Positions 12,692 to 25,545 of a stretch of DNA of 64,000 nt are shown one piece after another; the first letter of the stretch is position 1, and every line of letters starts with the position of its first letter. A program made the position numbers and the translations under genes. Below the pieces are notes generated by a model that ran no database searches, had not been told where the DNA came from, and worked only from the letters and a program-made list of their open reading frames with translations. This DNA comes from Camelus dromedarius (lineage: Eukaryota): assembly GCF_036321535.1 (NCBI RefSeq), contig NC_087447.1:52764001-52828000 (forward strand). Reading direction: 5' to 3'.

Positions 12692-13957
12692 AGGCTTCCA
12701 GAAGCACAGCCCCAAATGTGCAGTCACCTGATAGCTGACAAAGATGACGGTAAAGTACAGTGCGGGGGAAGGCAGTCTCTTCAATAGATGTCGCTAAGCC
12801 AATTGGTTATCCATATAAAAGAAAATGAACCTTGACCTCTATTTCACACTATACAGGAAAATCGATTCCAGATGGACCGAGGATCTAAATGTAAAAGGCA
12901 AAACAATAAAACTTTTACAAGAAAACACAGGAGAATATCTTCATGACCTTGGAGTAGCAAAGTTTCCTTACACAAAACAAACTGCACTACCCATAAAGGA
13001 AAAAAAAATTGAAAAACTGAACGTCATCAAAATTAGGAACTTCTCTTTATCAAATGATACCATTAAGAGAATAAACATATAAGCCACAGAATGAGAGAAG
13101 CTACGGACAGTACCTGACAAAGGACTTGTGCCAGAATGTATGAAGAATTCCTACAAATAAATAAGGAAAAAAGCAGATCATCTCATTTTTAAAGACGTCT
13201 TGAACAGGTACTGCACAAAAGAGGATAACCAACTGTTCCAATAAACACATAAAAGGGGGCTTATCTCAACAGATACTGGGCAAACAGAAACTAAACCACA
13301 ATGAGATAAAAATACACAACCACCAGAATGGCTAAAGTGAAAAAGACAGTAGTTAGGGAACATGTGGAGCAATCAGAACCATCATACACTTCTGGTGGGA
13401 GTATAAGTTGGTACAATCACTTTGGAAAACTGTCTGGCAGGATCTACTAAATACACATACACGTATCTCCTATAACCCAGAAGCTCCAATCCTAGCACCA
13501 AATTCGTGCCCAAAGACAAGTAAAGAATACTCACTGGAGCACCATTTGTAATAGGCCCAAACTGGAAAATAACGGACTGCCCACCAGCAGCAGAGTTCAC
13601 ACTAGGCGGCACTTACAACACCACGAAAACGAATGAACCCCAGCTCCCTGGAACAGCACGGCTGCATCTCCCAAACATAATGCTGAGTAAAAGCCACAGA
13701 CATAGAAGAGGACATGCTCCATGATGCCAGTTGTATTAAATTAGAGAGCAAAACTAATCTACAGCATTCCAAGCAAGGAGAGCAGTTATTCTCGCAGGAA
13801 CTGGGGGAAAAGAGAGACTGAGAGGGGGCAGGAGGGGACCGTAGGAGGTGGTCATGTTCTGTTTCATGAGGAAGGTTCTGGTTACATAGTATGTTCACTG
13901 TGCAAAAAATTCACTGAGCTATGCATTTATGAGTGGTGTAGGTCAATAAAAAGTTTA
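12692..13957 (+). mobile_element. Ancient LINE-1 (L1M/L1ME-type): ORF2 C-terminal remnant plus 3'UTR
   Basis: ORF 12825-13082 (LDLYFTLYRKIDSRWTEDLNVKGKTIKLLQENTGEYLHDLG) is degenerate L1 ORF2; ends in aataaaaagtttac; inserted in a MIR. Confidence 0.9.
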
Positions 13958-13974
13958 CACACACACACACACAA

Positions 13975-14180
13975 TTTGGCTGTTTCACCTTTTAACTGTG
14001 TGTGACCTTGGGCAAGGCACTGACTCTATCTGGTATTAAGTTTCCTCTTCTGTAAAAATTGGAATTATAATACCACCTACCTTGAAGGGTTGTTGCAAGG
14101 ATAAAATGGGGAAGAAAAGAAGAAGTATATCCATATATATAGCACCTGGCGCACAGCACATGCACTCCATAAATGAATTT
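13975..14180 (+). mobile_element. MIR SINE (3' part; 5' part at ~12640-12690)
   Basis: tgtgtgaccttgggcaagg...agtttcctcttctgtaaaaattgg...gggttgttgcaaggataaaatg core. Confidence 0.85.
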
Positions 14181-14277
14181 CCCCACCGCTCCCTAATGCA
14201 ACTCTGTAATAGCCTCTTGTAACCTGGGACCTTCAGGAACCATCTCTCCCTTTTGTACATTTAAAAATAAACAACCA

Positions 14278-15099
14278 TGTATCTTTTCGAATTTGAGTTC
14301 CCTCTGGATATGTGCCCAGGAGTGGGATTGCTGGATCACAGGGTAAATCTATTTTCAGTTTTTTAAGGAATCTCCATACTGCTTTCTACAGTGGTTGCAC
14401 CAAACTACATTCCCACCAACAGTGTATGAGGGTTCCCTTTTCTCCACACCCTCTTCAGCATTTATCGTTTATGGACTTTTTAATGACCACCGTTCTGACT
14501 GGTGAGAGGTGAGGCAAAACAGACATATGTACCCCACTGTTCATAGCAGCACTGTTTACAGTAGCCAAGACATGGAAACAACCTAAATGTCCAGATGATC
14601 GGATAAAGAAGTTGTGGTATATCTATACTCTATACTACTCAGCCATAAAAAAGAATGAAATAATGCTATTTACAGCAACATGGATGGACCTAGAGATCAT
14701 CATTCTAAGTGAAGTAAGCCAGAAAGAGAAAGAAAAATACCACATGATATCACTCATATGCAGAATCTTAAAAAAAAAAAAAAGACACAAGTGAACTTAC
14801 TTACTAAACAGAAACAGACTCACAGACATAGAAAACAAACTTATGTTACCAGGGGAGAAAGGAGTGGGAAGGGATAAATTGGGAGTTTGAGATTTGCAGA
14901 TACTAAGTACTGCATATAATATAGATAAACAACAAGTTTCTTCTGTACGGCACAGGGAACTATATTCAATGTCTCGTAGTAACCTATAATGAAAAAGGTT
15001 ATGAAAGAGAATATATGTATGTATACGTGCGAAATATTATGCTGTGCACCAGAAATTGACACAACATTGTAAACTGACTATACTTCAATAAAAATAAAT
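14278..15099 (+). mobile_element. Young LINE-1 with 5' inversion (14278-14512 inverted) and 13-bp TSD
   Basis: Minus-strand ORF2-end segment joined to plus-strand 3' end; aaataaacaacca at 14265-14277 and 15100-15112; TT/AAAA site upstream. Confidence 0.92.
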
Positions 15100-15659
15100 A
15101 AATAAACAACCAAAAACCAAAAGATGTTTTGAATGTTAAAGGTGGCCCAGGGCCTTTCCTAGATTGTCTTGAAATGTCTGGAGAGTCTGCCTATAGGTGA
15201 AAATAATCCCCACCTCCAGCGAGGTTAGAACTGGGCGGGGGTCACAGCCACAGGGCTGACCTCAGCACAGGGACTGACCCAGCATTAATCCAGAGACGGC
15301 GATGGTGGGGACAGCGCTGAGAAGACAGGAAGAACGCAGCAGGATGCTGCCCGCCAATATGGCAGCCACTGTCTTTTACCCACACGTGGGCTGAATTTTC
15401 CCGCAACAACATGCCTCACAGACAGGAAAAAAATGAAGCAAAAACATTCTGTTTCCTTAAAACAAGTGCCAAGTCACAATGTGAGAAAGTGCAAGTTACA
15501 AAAAAAACATGAGATTCCCAGAAAATAAACCTGTGATTACTGGAAACTGGAAACCAACCATTGTGGCACGTTCATCCCCACCCCTCCAGACTGGGTTCCT
15601 TGAGGGAAGAGGCCTCTGATCTCCAAGTCGGGGGGCATTACCCAGGCCACTGAGTTTGC

Positions 15660-17000
15660 TCCTTAATTTTTTCACTCGCCCAGCAAACATTCATTGAGCA
15701 CAGATGGATGCGGGGCCAGCCTTGTGTAGGCTGGACACAGGTCGTCCAGAGAAGAATGTGCCTGGACCCTGCCCTCATGGAACTGACGGTCTGTGGAGCA
15801 TTCCAAGAGGTAAACGGGCAAAGATGACATGGGGTTTTGCACGCTAAAATGCAGAGAAATACAAGGGACTCGGGGGCCAGAGAGGCGAGGACACCTTCCC
15901 AGAGGAGGAGATGCCTGAGCTAAAGCTTAAAGATGAAGAGTTAGGTGTAGCAGCTCCCAGCAGAGGGGACAGTGTGAGCAAAACCCAGAGGGAAGAAACT
16001 GCCATTGGTGTTGCTGGAACAGAGTGGAGACAAGAGACTCCAGAAAAAAGAGGCTGGGAGGTCAGCAGCACCAGCTCAATGCGGGCCTTCCGTGGACTGT
16101 CCTGTGGGCCAGCAGTTCTCGGTCCTGGCTGCACATCAGACTCTCTGAGCATCTTTCAGACCACACTGATGCCCAGGCTCATGCCTGGGGATGCTTGTTC
16201 CATGGGCCCACTGTCAGTGATCCTAGGGTGCAGCCAGCACTGAGAGGCATTGCTGGAGTCGAGGGGTCTGCTCACTACAGTCCTGGGGCCAAATCCATTT
16301 CTTGATGGCTTAGGAACTAAGAATGGTTTTTACAGATAAACACTTGCAATCGATCTCATGGTAGGGAACGCTCACTCCAATTAAGCAAAATGTTATCCCC
16401 TTAAAAAAAAAAGAAACTCCATTATTCTCATCAGTAGACCTGTATTGCAAAAAAAAAAAGGTACCCAATTATTACATTCTGAACATCATCAATAAAAAAG
16501 CTCATGAAATTTGTTTTCTCTCTTATTATATAAGTACTCCCATCATACCCTCAGTTCTGCCTCTTGAACTGCAAAACCTAAAATATTTATTATGTGGCCG
16601 TTTACAAGGCACGGCTGCTGACCCCTGTGACAGCTGATGGGGAGAGATGGCTCGGTTTTGAGCAGGAGGATAACATGGTGGGTTTGTGCTAAAAAAGAGG
16701 GCCCTGGCAGCTGTGTGGGGATGGACTTGAGGAGAAAAGACTGGAGAGAAGGAGGCCAGAGGACTGGTCAATGTTTAGTCTTGGCCCAGGAAGCACAGCA
16801 AAGCTCAGAGCAGTGAGATGGAGGGGTTGACAGGCCAGGATCTCGCGGGATATAGGAGGCGACGTGCAGGGCTTGGTGGCTGATGTACATGGAGGTGAGG
16901 ACAAGGGGAGCTCCAGGAGACATCCCTGGGACCACCGAGGACTGTACAGGTGCAGGCACCACCACTTCCCCCCCAACTCCCCACCCCGGCAGGGGCAGGA
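15660..17000 (-). mobile_element. L2 LINE interrupted by MER5A-like (~16105-16250) and MER58-like elements
   Basis: cagcaaacattcattgagcac...ccctgccctcatggaactgac; resumes at ~16630 with ccctggcagctgtgtgggga...ggaggccagaggactgg. Confidence 0.7.
16261..16627. mobile_element. MER58-family hAT-Charlie DNA transposon
   Basis: Terminal inverted repeats (g)aggggtctgc ... gctgacccctg; internal gggccaaatcc, ctaagaatggtttttaca, cctaaaatatttattatgtggcc. Confidence 0.8.
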
Positions 17001-17669
17001 GCCCCGAGGCTGCCCCAGCACATCCAGAGGAAGAGCATCTTTGCCTTCTGCTCTTCTCTAAAGGCGCAGTTTGCTTTTTGGAGCCCTCGGCATAGTTCCC
17101 TTCCTGATACATCTGTACACAGACAGAAAAGCACAAAGAAACCAGATGTGCTGTGATAGCCTCTGGCTCCTTAAACCCCAAGTAGCACCCAGCATGGCAG
17201 CGTGTCCCCATTCCACAGACAGGAGGGGGGCCCAGAGAGGAGCTGCACCTCAGCCCAGTGGTGCTTCTACTTCCCCTCCATGTGCCACCGAGACTATGTG
17301 TCTGGACCCTAATTGTTCTCCAAATGTCCTCCTTGTCTCTGTGTCACATACATCCCTGGATCTCCCTATAAGCTCCTGGCGGCCAGCATCTGTGACCTGA
17401 CTCCCTGAGAGCCTTGGCTCCCATGCCGGTTGGCCCTGGGATCAATTCCTCTCTCTGCCGTGTCCTCACCGCTCTGAGTCTCAGTCCCTCCACCTAGGAA
17501 GTAAGCCTCTTCCATGTCTAGCTGTTGAGGAGCTTAAATAGGATCCCACAAAGTGCTTGGTCCAGTGTCCAGCACAGGGCAAGTGCCAGATCATGCAGAG
17601 TGTCTCATTAAGGTGGCTCCTTCTTGGCAGTCAATTCCGCTTTGCTTGAAGGTGGCTGGCGGGGACACA

Positions 17670-17890
17670 GGCAGAGAGGCAGTATAGTTAAAGGTGTGAA
17701 CTCAGGAGCCGAAAGGCTGGGGCCCAAGCTCAGCTCTGCCACTTCCTAGCTGTGTGATCTTGGGTGAGTCACTTGCCAAAGTAGCTGCTCCCGGGTACTG
17801 TAGCCATGAGAACTCAGTGCATTAAAATACAAAGGATATTTGGGATGGTGCCTGGCAATAGTAAGTGTTCTGTAAGTGTCAGCTACTGCT
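17670..17890 (+). mobile_element. MIR SINE
   Basis: cagctctgccacttcctagctgtgtgatcttgggtgagtcactt...gtgcctggcaatagtaagtg. Confidence 0.8.
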
Positions 17891-20800
17891 ATTGCTTCAT
17901 AGTTTATTTTACTTTCCCATGGTGGTGTTCACACCAGGCCAGGTATGGGGGGCTCCAACAAAACACGTACCAATCATGAGCCTGGCGCATTTATGCACCC
18001 AGGGTTTGCCAGGTGCTGCCTCGGTCCCTGGTCTGCGCTAGCCTTTGGGATGCCAAGGTGAATCAGGCTCCCCCAGCATATTTGAAGTCCTCACTTCTTT
18101 GTGAACTGCAAAATATTTATTTATCCAGGCAGTCCTCATCTCTGTATGGATTTATATAATGAAGTATAAAATATTTATCATATAGAACCACAGGCTCTTC
18201 TCAGTCCTGACCCTCAAAAAGTTCTAAAGCCAAAAAGATGTTGTTGTTTTTTTTTTTAATAACTCATTTGGTGGCAAAACCTGACCTGAAGTGATGTGAA
18301 GCCATTTATTGTCTTTATTTTTCCCACTTAGTGTGAAGAGTCTGCTGCAGAGAAATGAATGGGTTTGATTACGGAGCGCTGCCCCGGACTCCAGCGGTGG
18401 TATTACGTAATCTACAGCATGCGTGTCCCAGCTCCTTTCTAAAAGCTGAAGATGTGCCAAGTTCCAAAACACGTCTGACCCCCAGAGGCTTCAGATGATG
18501 GGTTGTGGACATGCATTTATTATTTCCATGGGACAGCTGTAATCACTCTTATCATTCCCTTCAACTAAGAGATACAGAACATTGGTGTTTGCCCATAACC
18601 AAATGACTTTTTATTTCTCTTTGAAAAACAAATCAATAGGGGTGTTTTCAAGAGTGATCTGAGAAATGAAATTGGCTTTCCTCTCTTTACGCAGTTGATA
18701 TTTCGAAAAAAAAAAGAAAAAAAAAATCTCCCTTGTAACCAGCACAGACTCCATCAGACCGCTCTCAGACAGGAAAATCCAGGTCTGAGGTCAAGGACAG
18801 CCCACGTCTCCCATGGCCTAGCCCCAGGAACACTACAGGACGGGCGTGGGGATGGAGCAGGGTCTCCCTGAGCGGAAGCCTTAACCCTCTGTCTCACAGC
18901 CCAAGACCACACGTTCCCCACGCTGCTTGCTCACTGTGAAATTCTGGGCGGCACAGAAGGCTTGTGCTTGGAGTGAGGCAGGAGAGAGGCATACTGTGAA
19001 CCTGGAGGCACAAGGAGCAAGGCAAATGGAAACTTGTCCTTCATAGGCTAATTGGGAGAGACCCACTCGGTAAATTGCTAATAGCCTTGGGGCACTGGAG
19101 TGACAGGCTAAATTAGCAAGCAGGATGGCTGGGTTGCTTGCTAGCGAAAGCCTCCCTCAGTAAAGAAAGGTCTCAGAAAGGAAATGCACCGAGATCATGT
19201 TTTTCTCTGTGCTTTTGGACGGCAAAGGCTTGGGGTAAGGAAGGCAGGAAGCAGCCATCAGCCTACAGGGTCCCGAGGCGTGCAGCACAGAGAAAAGCAG
19301 TCGGTTCCTCCCTAGATGCTCACATCTGTTTCCATCTCTTTCACATCAGCCCTTTGCCTTCCCACCCTGTGCTCAACCAGCTCTGACGTGTTGTCAGGAA
19401 GGTTTCTCTGGAAACGAGCCTAACTGGGACTGACTACCATTTTCTAAAATGGACACAGCCAGTGATGGCTGAGCACCTACTGTATCCTGGGGCCAGGCAC
19501 TGAGGATATAGAGGTGAACCACACAGACTCCATCCCCAAGGGCACAGAGTTGACAGTCTCAAGGGAGGACACTTTGAACAAGACGTTGCAAGTGGGCACA
19601 GGCATTGGAGGGGAAGCAGAGCACATGGTGCTCTGAGGAAATGCAGCGAGAGTATAAGACACAACCCACCGCGACTGTCAGCAGCTCCATGTGCACAAAC
19701 TCCCACAAGTGCTAAAAGGCCACAGGCACCTGCTCACTCCACAGCTCAGGAACTTTCTATGACTCCCACTGGCTATAGCATCAGGTCCCATCCTTGGAGG
19801 TTTTATTCCAAATTCTCCCCCCATCCCTCTCTAGATACTTATCACTCAGTCCTCTTTCACAAGCACTTTATACCCACACTAGCCAACAGGCAACACAGGC
19901 TCTGGGGAATTCTGAGTTCGAATCCTGGCTCTTTGGCATACCCCTGAGTATGCTATGTGCCTTGTAGTATCATTGAATATTTATCAGGTCTGTCCTGGGG
20001 CTCTGTCCTCAGGATATATAGAGATTAATAAGACATGTTTCTCCTTGTTCTCAAATGGCTAAAAAGCTAGTTACAGCTCCTTGGCCTCAGTCTGCTCCTC
20101 TGTAAAATGGGGGCATAATATTAGTCCCACCTGCTGTTAGTGTGAGGATGATATGTACAAGAAGTGTTGAATGTCTGAAGGTGTGTGAGAAATGCCAGAT
20201 CCTCACACATTTATCTCCCTGACTGTATCACTGCTCAGACCTTCCCCACACCTATGTCCATTCCTTTCACCTTCACTTCTCTGTGGCCAATACAATTTTT
20301 ATGACTCAGATGAAATCCTGGTCCTTCTGCAAGCTTTCTTGGACCAGCCTAACCGCTTCTCAGAACCCCAACCTCTACAACCACGTGAGTCTCAGTACTC
20401 AGCCCAGTTGGATGGTCCAATAGGCATCTTTTACTTTGTTAGAGTCTTTTAACCCCATCCTAGCTCCTCGCCTCTCCTAGTTCTTTGTGTCATGCTTTCT
20501 ATCTAGTTCTTGTTCAAGGAGTATTTCTAAATTGGATGCAGATTGCTTCATTATTGCAAGTCTCAGGAAAGAAAAAAAAGAAAAAGTCATATAAAACCTC
20601 CCAAATCGGGGGCCACACAGGAGCCCACCCTGCCTCAAAGCTGAGACAAAGGAACTCTCCTCAATAGAAGCCTGGCGATCCTCAGACTTGAATGGCCTCT
20701 TCGCTTCTGCCTTCCTGGCTCCCAAAGCAGCCCAGCTGTTCACACTCTTGCAAGGGCTCCTTCTGCCCAAGGGCGAGGAAACGGTTGCCAAACTGCAGCC

Positions 20801-21399
20801 TTAACTGGGAGGCAGGTGGGGGAATGGCTAGGGGTGCAGCAGTTCATCGATGGCCATGCTGAAGCCCCCGCCTCCCTTCTTCTGTGTGGTTCCTGGCCCA
20901 TTAAAACACACAGCGCCCTTGACCTTCCAGCATGGCGGCTGCTGGGTCTCCCAACCCTTCTCCCCTCTCTGGGTCACATGCCATGGGGCCACCTAACCTC
21001 TCAGAGGCAGAATGGACAGTGGCCTGAATTACTCTGAGTCACCAAAGCCCAGACAGACACACTCAAAGGACAGCTGCTCTCTGGGTCAGCAGGGCCAGGG
21101 CCAGGGCACGGGGCTCTCGTCATGGGTGGGGGGCTCTGCCTCTCACTCCTTCCTCATGTGAGTCTTTCCCGAGGGGCTTCAGAGCCAAGTCAAGGACAGC
21201 AGTTTCAGCAGGGACTTTATATTCAGATGGCAGAGCTACAGGGCACAGAGAAGCAGGCCACTGACTTTGGCTTGAGGGGCTAGGGAAGGACTCATAGGGA
21301 CATCCAGGGAGAAGCAGGAGCTAAGACAGCGCAGGCCATCCGGCTAGCCAGGCCTGGGACGTGAGCTCCACAATCGCCGATTCTGTCCCAGGCAGTGAT

Positions 21400-21600
21400 T
21401 TTTACTCGCTGATTTTTACACACGGTTTTAAGTCATCTTCAAAATAGCCTCATGGGACAGGTATTACTGTCATTAACATCTCCATTGTGCAAATGGAGAA
21501 ACCCAAGCACGGGGGCTGAGTGACCTGAACAAGCCAGGAAGGGGCAGAAGCTGGATTCTAATCCAGACCTGAGGGACTCCAGAGCCTGCCCTCTCCACCT
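21400..21600 (-). mobile_element. MIR SINE
   Basis: ctccattgtgcaaatggagaaacccaagcac...gcagaagctggattctaatccagacctg. Confidence 0.75.
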
Positions 21601-23864
21601 CGTGCCCCATGGCTCCTGGGTGACAGCACAGATGTTCCAACCCTGCTTCTTCTCCAGACACTGTTTCCTGAGCGAATCGCCACTATTCTAATATTTGCCA
21701 TCAGGATAATTCCTGTGCAGGCCAGAGGTCACGGCAACTCATGGTCCACAAGGAAAGGCATGCTGGTAAGTAGACACAGAGCAAGAGTAAGTCATCATTC
21801 AGGCCTGGAGGTCACAGGACTTCCAGTGAGAAGTGTCCTCTTGTCCCAGAATTTTTAGGGAGGGCTGGCTTCTGGGTGGTCCACTACTTGAGAAGGGGGA
21901 TATATGACTTTATTTTTCTCCCTTCCTCTGAGGCTTGCAAGCAATCGGCAAACCAACCTATAGATACTGTCAAAGGGACGCTACACAGTGGAGTGTTAGA
22001 AAGAAAACAGCCTAGCATTGAAAAATGTCAACTCTGCACCACCACGCAAGGCCCATTTATATGTGGTTTCTCATTAGATCTGCATGACAACCTCGCACAG
22101 AAGGTATTCTTGTTCTCATTCCTCCGGAAGAAAAATTAAAGCTCAGAGAAACTGTTTTTTAAAATTAATGAATTTACATATGCGTGTTTATTTACCTTTA
22201 CCCCAACTTGTGCAAGAAAAATCTGAGTCTCGTGCAGACAGAAGGGCTGCAATCTGAAACGTGGCCCCAGGCTGCTGCAAGTTCTGTGCTTCTCTCTCCC
22301 TCCCGCGCTTTGCAGCACCCCACCCCACGTGTCCTTTCACCTAGGACCCCCCCCAACCCCATGGGTCCAAAATCGGATTCAATATGCAAAGGCTCTATTT
22401 GACAGTGAATTTTCAGAAGCAGCAGACAAGTGGGCGTTGGCAGGGGTGTCTCATCCGGGTTAGTACAGTGCTTTTGAAAGTCAGCCATGCTCACCCAGCC
22501 TTACCTCTCGGAGCCCAGAGAGAGATGTGAACTTGAGGCCACGGCTGTACTTACAAACTGCATGATCCTGCTCAGAACATTGAATCTCCCTGTCATTTTG
22601 GTTTTTTCCATTTGTATCATGAGAATATTAACAGCCCTGGCTACTGCCCTCCAACAGAGCTGTTCAGGGGTGTAAGTGGGGAGAGGAGGGAAACAGCCTT
22701 TGTCAGCCATAAACTGCTGTACAAATGTGAGGACTTACTTCCACTCCTACCCAGGTAACCACATTCAGTTGTTAGGAGACCTAACCTTAAGGAGAACACG
22801 CTCAGGGCTGATTGCAGAATGTACTCAGTTATGTTCAACAACTGTCAAATTGGAGTACTTGGCTCTGTGATGCAAGACAGATGACAGACACTGAACAGAA
22901 AAAGCGCCATGGTGTGTTAGGTTCTAGAACTGAAATGGAGGCCCACAGGGCAGGCTGGTAAGGTGGACCCAGGATAGACAGGATGGGAGCTGCTGATGAG
23001 AAGACATTAGAACTGAGTCTTGGAGAGTAAGTGGGATTCATTCCAAGCAGAGGGAACAGCATGGCAAAGGCACAGAAGTCTGAGCAGAACAGCGTGTAGA
23101 GGGAAGTGTGGTCATTCAGTGGGAAGGAGTGAGCTTCACAGGTGCCAGGTGGGCAGCAAGCCTGACCCTCATTCTTCATTAGAGGGAACAGCATTTATTC
23201 ATCAGTGGGACATCGTGGCAAATACCCTGCAGGACTTTTTACAGCCAGATGCAGCAAGACAGCCCCAAATCTCACTGACCCAAAGGATGCTGGCATTTCT
23301 TTTGCCATTTGTTACTCTGATTTGCCAGCAATGTTCTGAAGTCAAACCAGTCCACTGGGCATGTGAGTTCCCACTGTTTTAGTGATTAGAAATTTAATGG
23401 TTCCATTTTCTTCCCTAGGGAAGGAGAGTAGGCTGAAATGAGTAGTTTCCCAGTTTTGCATGGTTACTTTTTTCTGACTTGAAATGACTTAGGAACGAGG
23501 ATTAATCTGTTAGGAAGGCACAGAAAAATCACGATCTCTGCCACCGTGGCTAAGGAAGAGGGATAGGGGTGGGGGGGTGGGAAGGTAATGTTTCTGCTTT
23601 ATCAGGACAATTAAAGACTGATTCTTGGAAGTCTGAGATGAGAACTTCAAGCTAGAAGGGATCTGGGATGTGATCTTGTCCAACATACAAGACCAAGACT
23701 CCCTTATAAAAACAGCCTGGCCAACCAGCAGGCACCAAGCCTTTGCTTGAATAACTTTTGTTTATGAATTTGATGATCTGATGGATTCTTACTTCTGATG
23801 GAAACACACACATTGTGCATCAAGGAAAAAAGGGAAACAGAGGGGAAAATGTGGATTTTGGGAA

Positions 23865-24090
23865 AGAGGCTTAGAGCCAAATTTGGCCCATCTCCTCCCA
23901 TAGATTAAGCTACTGTGACCTTAGGCAAGACACTGAAACTCTCTGAGTTTCTTCCTCTGTAGAGAGTGGGTTATAAAACCTTCCTTGCTGAGGGGGTTGT
24001 GAGGATTAAGTGGACCAGTGTATATATAAAGCGCCCAGCAGAGTTGCTTGGCACGCAGCCGGCACTCAATAAATGGTAATTATTATTATC
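23865..24090 (+). mobile_element. MIR SINE, near full length
   Basis: tgtgaccttaggcaag...ctctctgag...gggttgtgaggattaagt...taaagcgcccagc...gcactcaataaatggtaattattatta. Confidence 0.88.
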
Positions 24091-24624
24091 TCATTAGCCC
24101 AGACTCCCACCCAAGGCAGAAATCCTTCTTTAAACAACCTTGACAAACGAAGAGCTATCAAGTCTCTACTTGTATAAATATTTGTTGACTGATTCAGTAA
24201 TCAGCTGGTTCTAAGTACCCAGGCACACACACCCCCTACCTTTACTCCTCCAAGTTCTCAGAAGGGCTTTAGCACCAAGACGACATCCCTCTCCACTGGG
24301 TGGTATTTGATGGCCAAACCCTTCCCATCATGGAGTTGGACCTTAGTCACTACAACTCTTCTCCAGTTTGTTATCTTAACAATTTTTAAAAACATTCAGA
24401 CTCCTTTGAAGAACTTCCCAGAAAGCTACACATACATGGGACCAATTGCCTACAACTTCAGAGGTGTCTCAGATCTCATGAAAGGCTTTATGCACTCCAG
24501 GCTAAGCACGACTATTCTGGAACCTCACCAAACAAGGTGCAGACACTGCTGCTCTGGTTCACCAAACATCCCTCTCATCCTCTCTGCTCAGTGCTTTTCC
24601 TAAAACTTCAGAAGAGGAAAACGG

Positions 24625-24842
24625 TCCTGGACTCAAGCTCTGTAGTCAGCAGACCACAGTTCAAATTCCAGTTGCCCCATGTGGTTTGTCGTTAAGCCTC
24701 AGTTTCCTCGTCTACAAAATGGGGGTAATAACAGTACCTACGTCATAGGGCTTTTTTGAGGGTTGAGGGGGCATAATGCATGCTGATGCTTAGCACAGAG
24801 CCTGGCACAGAGTAAACACACAACAGAAGTTAGCTATTGTTG
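24625..24842 (+). mobile_element. MIR SINE
   Basis: agcctcagtttcctcgtctacaaaatgggggtaataacagtacctac...gcttagcacagagcctggcacagagtaaacac. Confidence 0.88.
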
Positions 24843-25289
24843 TCTTTCCTATTATATCAGTTCCCTTGGCTCCTGCCCCCATAGACACTACAGTTTGCTG
24901 CTATTCCACTTGAAGAAAGGGATGCTCCAGGACACAGGGGGACTCAAGACAGCCCTGAGTGTCATGCCCGGCCTGTCAGGCAGGGGGCACTCTGCCCAAG
25001 TCAGACTTGGGACTGCAGCTAACAGGTGCCAGACTCAGCCCCAGAGGAGCTCTGATTGGCATTTATATGGTCTGATTTAAAAAAAAAAAAAAAAAAAAAA
25101 GGAGGAAAATTTGGAGGACGGATTTTAAAATGCATTGGTTCAGTAGATTAAAACTGAATAAATAAATGGTCGTGGAAAAGGGAAAGACTAAAGAAGATCC
25201 ATGGAGATTAAAAAAAAATTGAGAATCCCAACTTTATTCTCCTTTTTATTCTCCTTCCTCCTTCCCTCCCTCTCTTCCTTCCTTTCAAA

Positions 25290-25545
25290 AAAAAAAAAAA
25301 GCACGTACTGAGTGGTTACCTGTGTCAGCCTTGTGCTAGGCACGGGGAATACAAAATGAACAGGCCCTGGTTTCTGCCCTCAAGGAGCTCACAGTCTAGG
25401 GGCCAGACTTAGAATACAGTGGGGCCAGTCCCCCAGCAGGACACAGACAGGTGCTGAGGCTGCTGAGGACAGAGTCTCAGACTCCAGGTGGGACACAAAA
25501 GCATAGGGATGCTTCCCTGAGAAGGGGACATTCAAATTGAGAACT
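25290..25545 (-). mobile_element. L2 LINE 3' fragment
   Basis: tactgagtggttacctgtgtcagccttgtgctaggcacgggga...ctgccctcaaggagctcacagtctag. Confidence 0.8.

Noticed and set aside
12825..13082. L1 ORF2-like ORFs here and at 14312, 14612, 29809, 30067, 40886 as functional CDS
   Set aside because: Fragments (sense or antisense) of truncated, mutated L1 copies; no intact ORF1/ORF2
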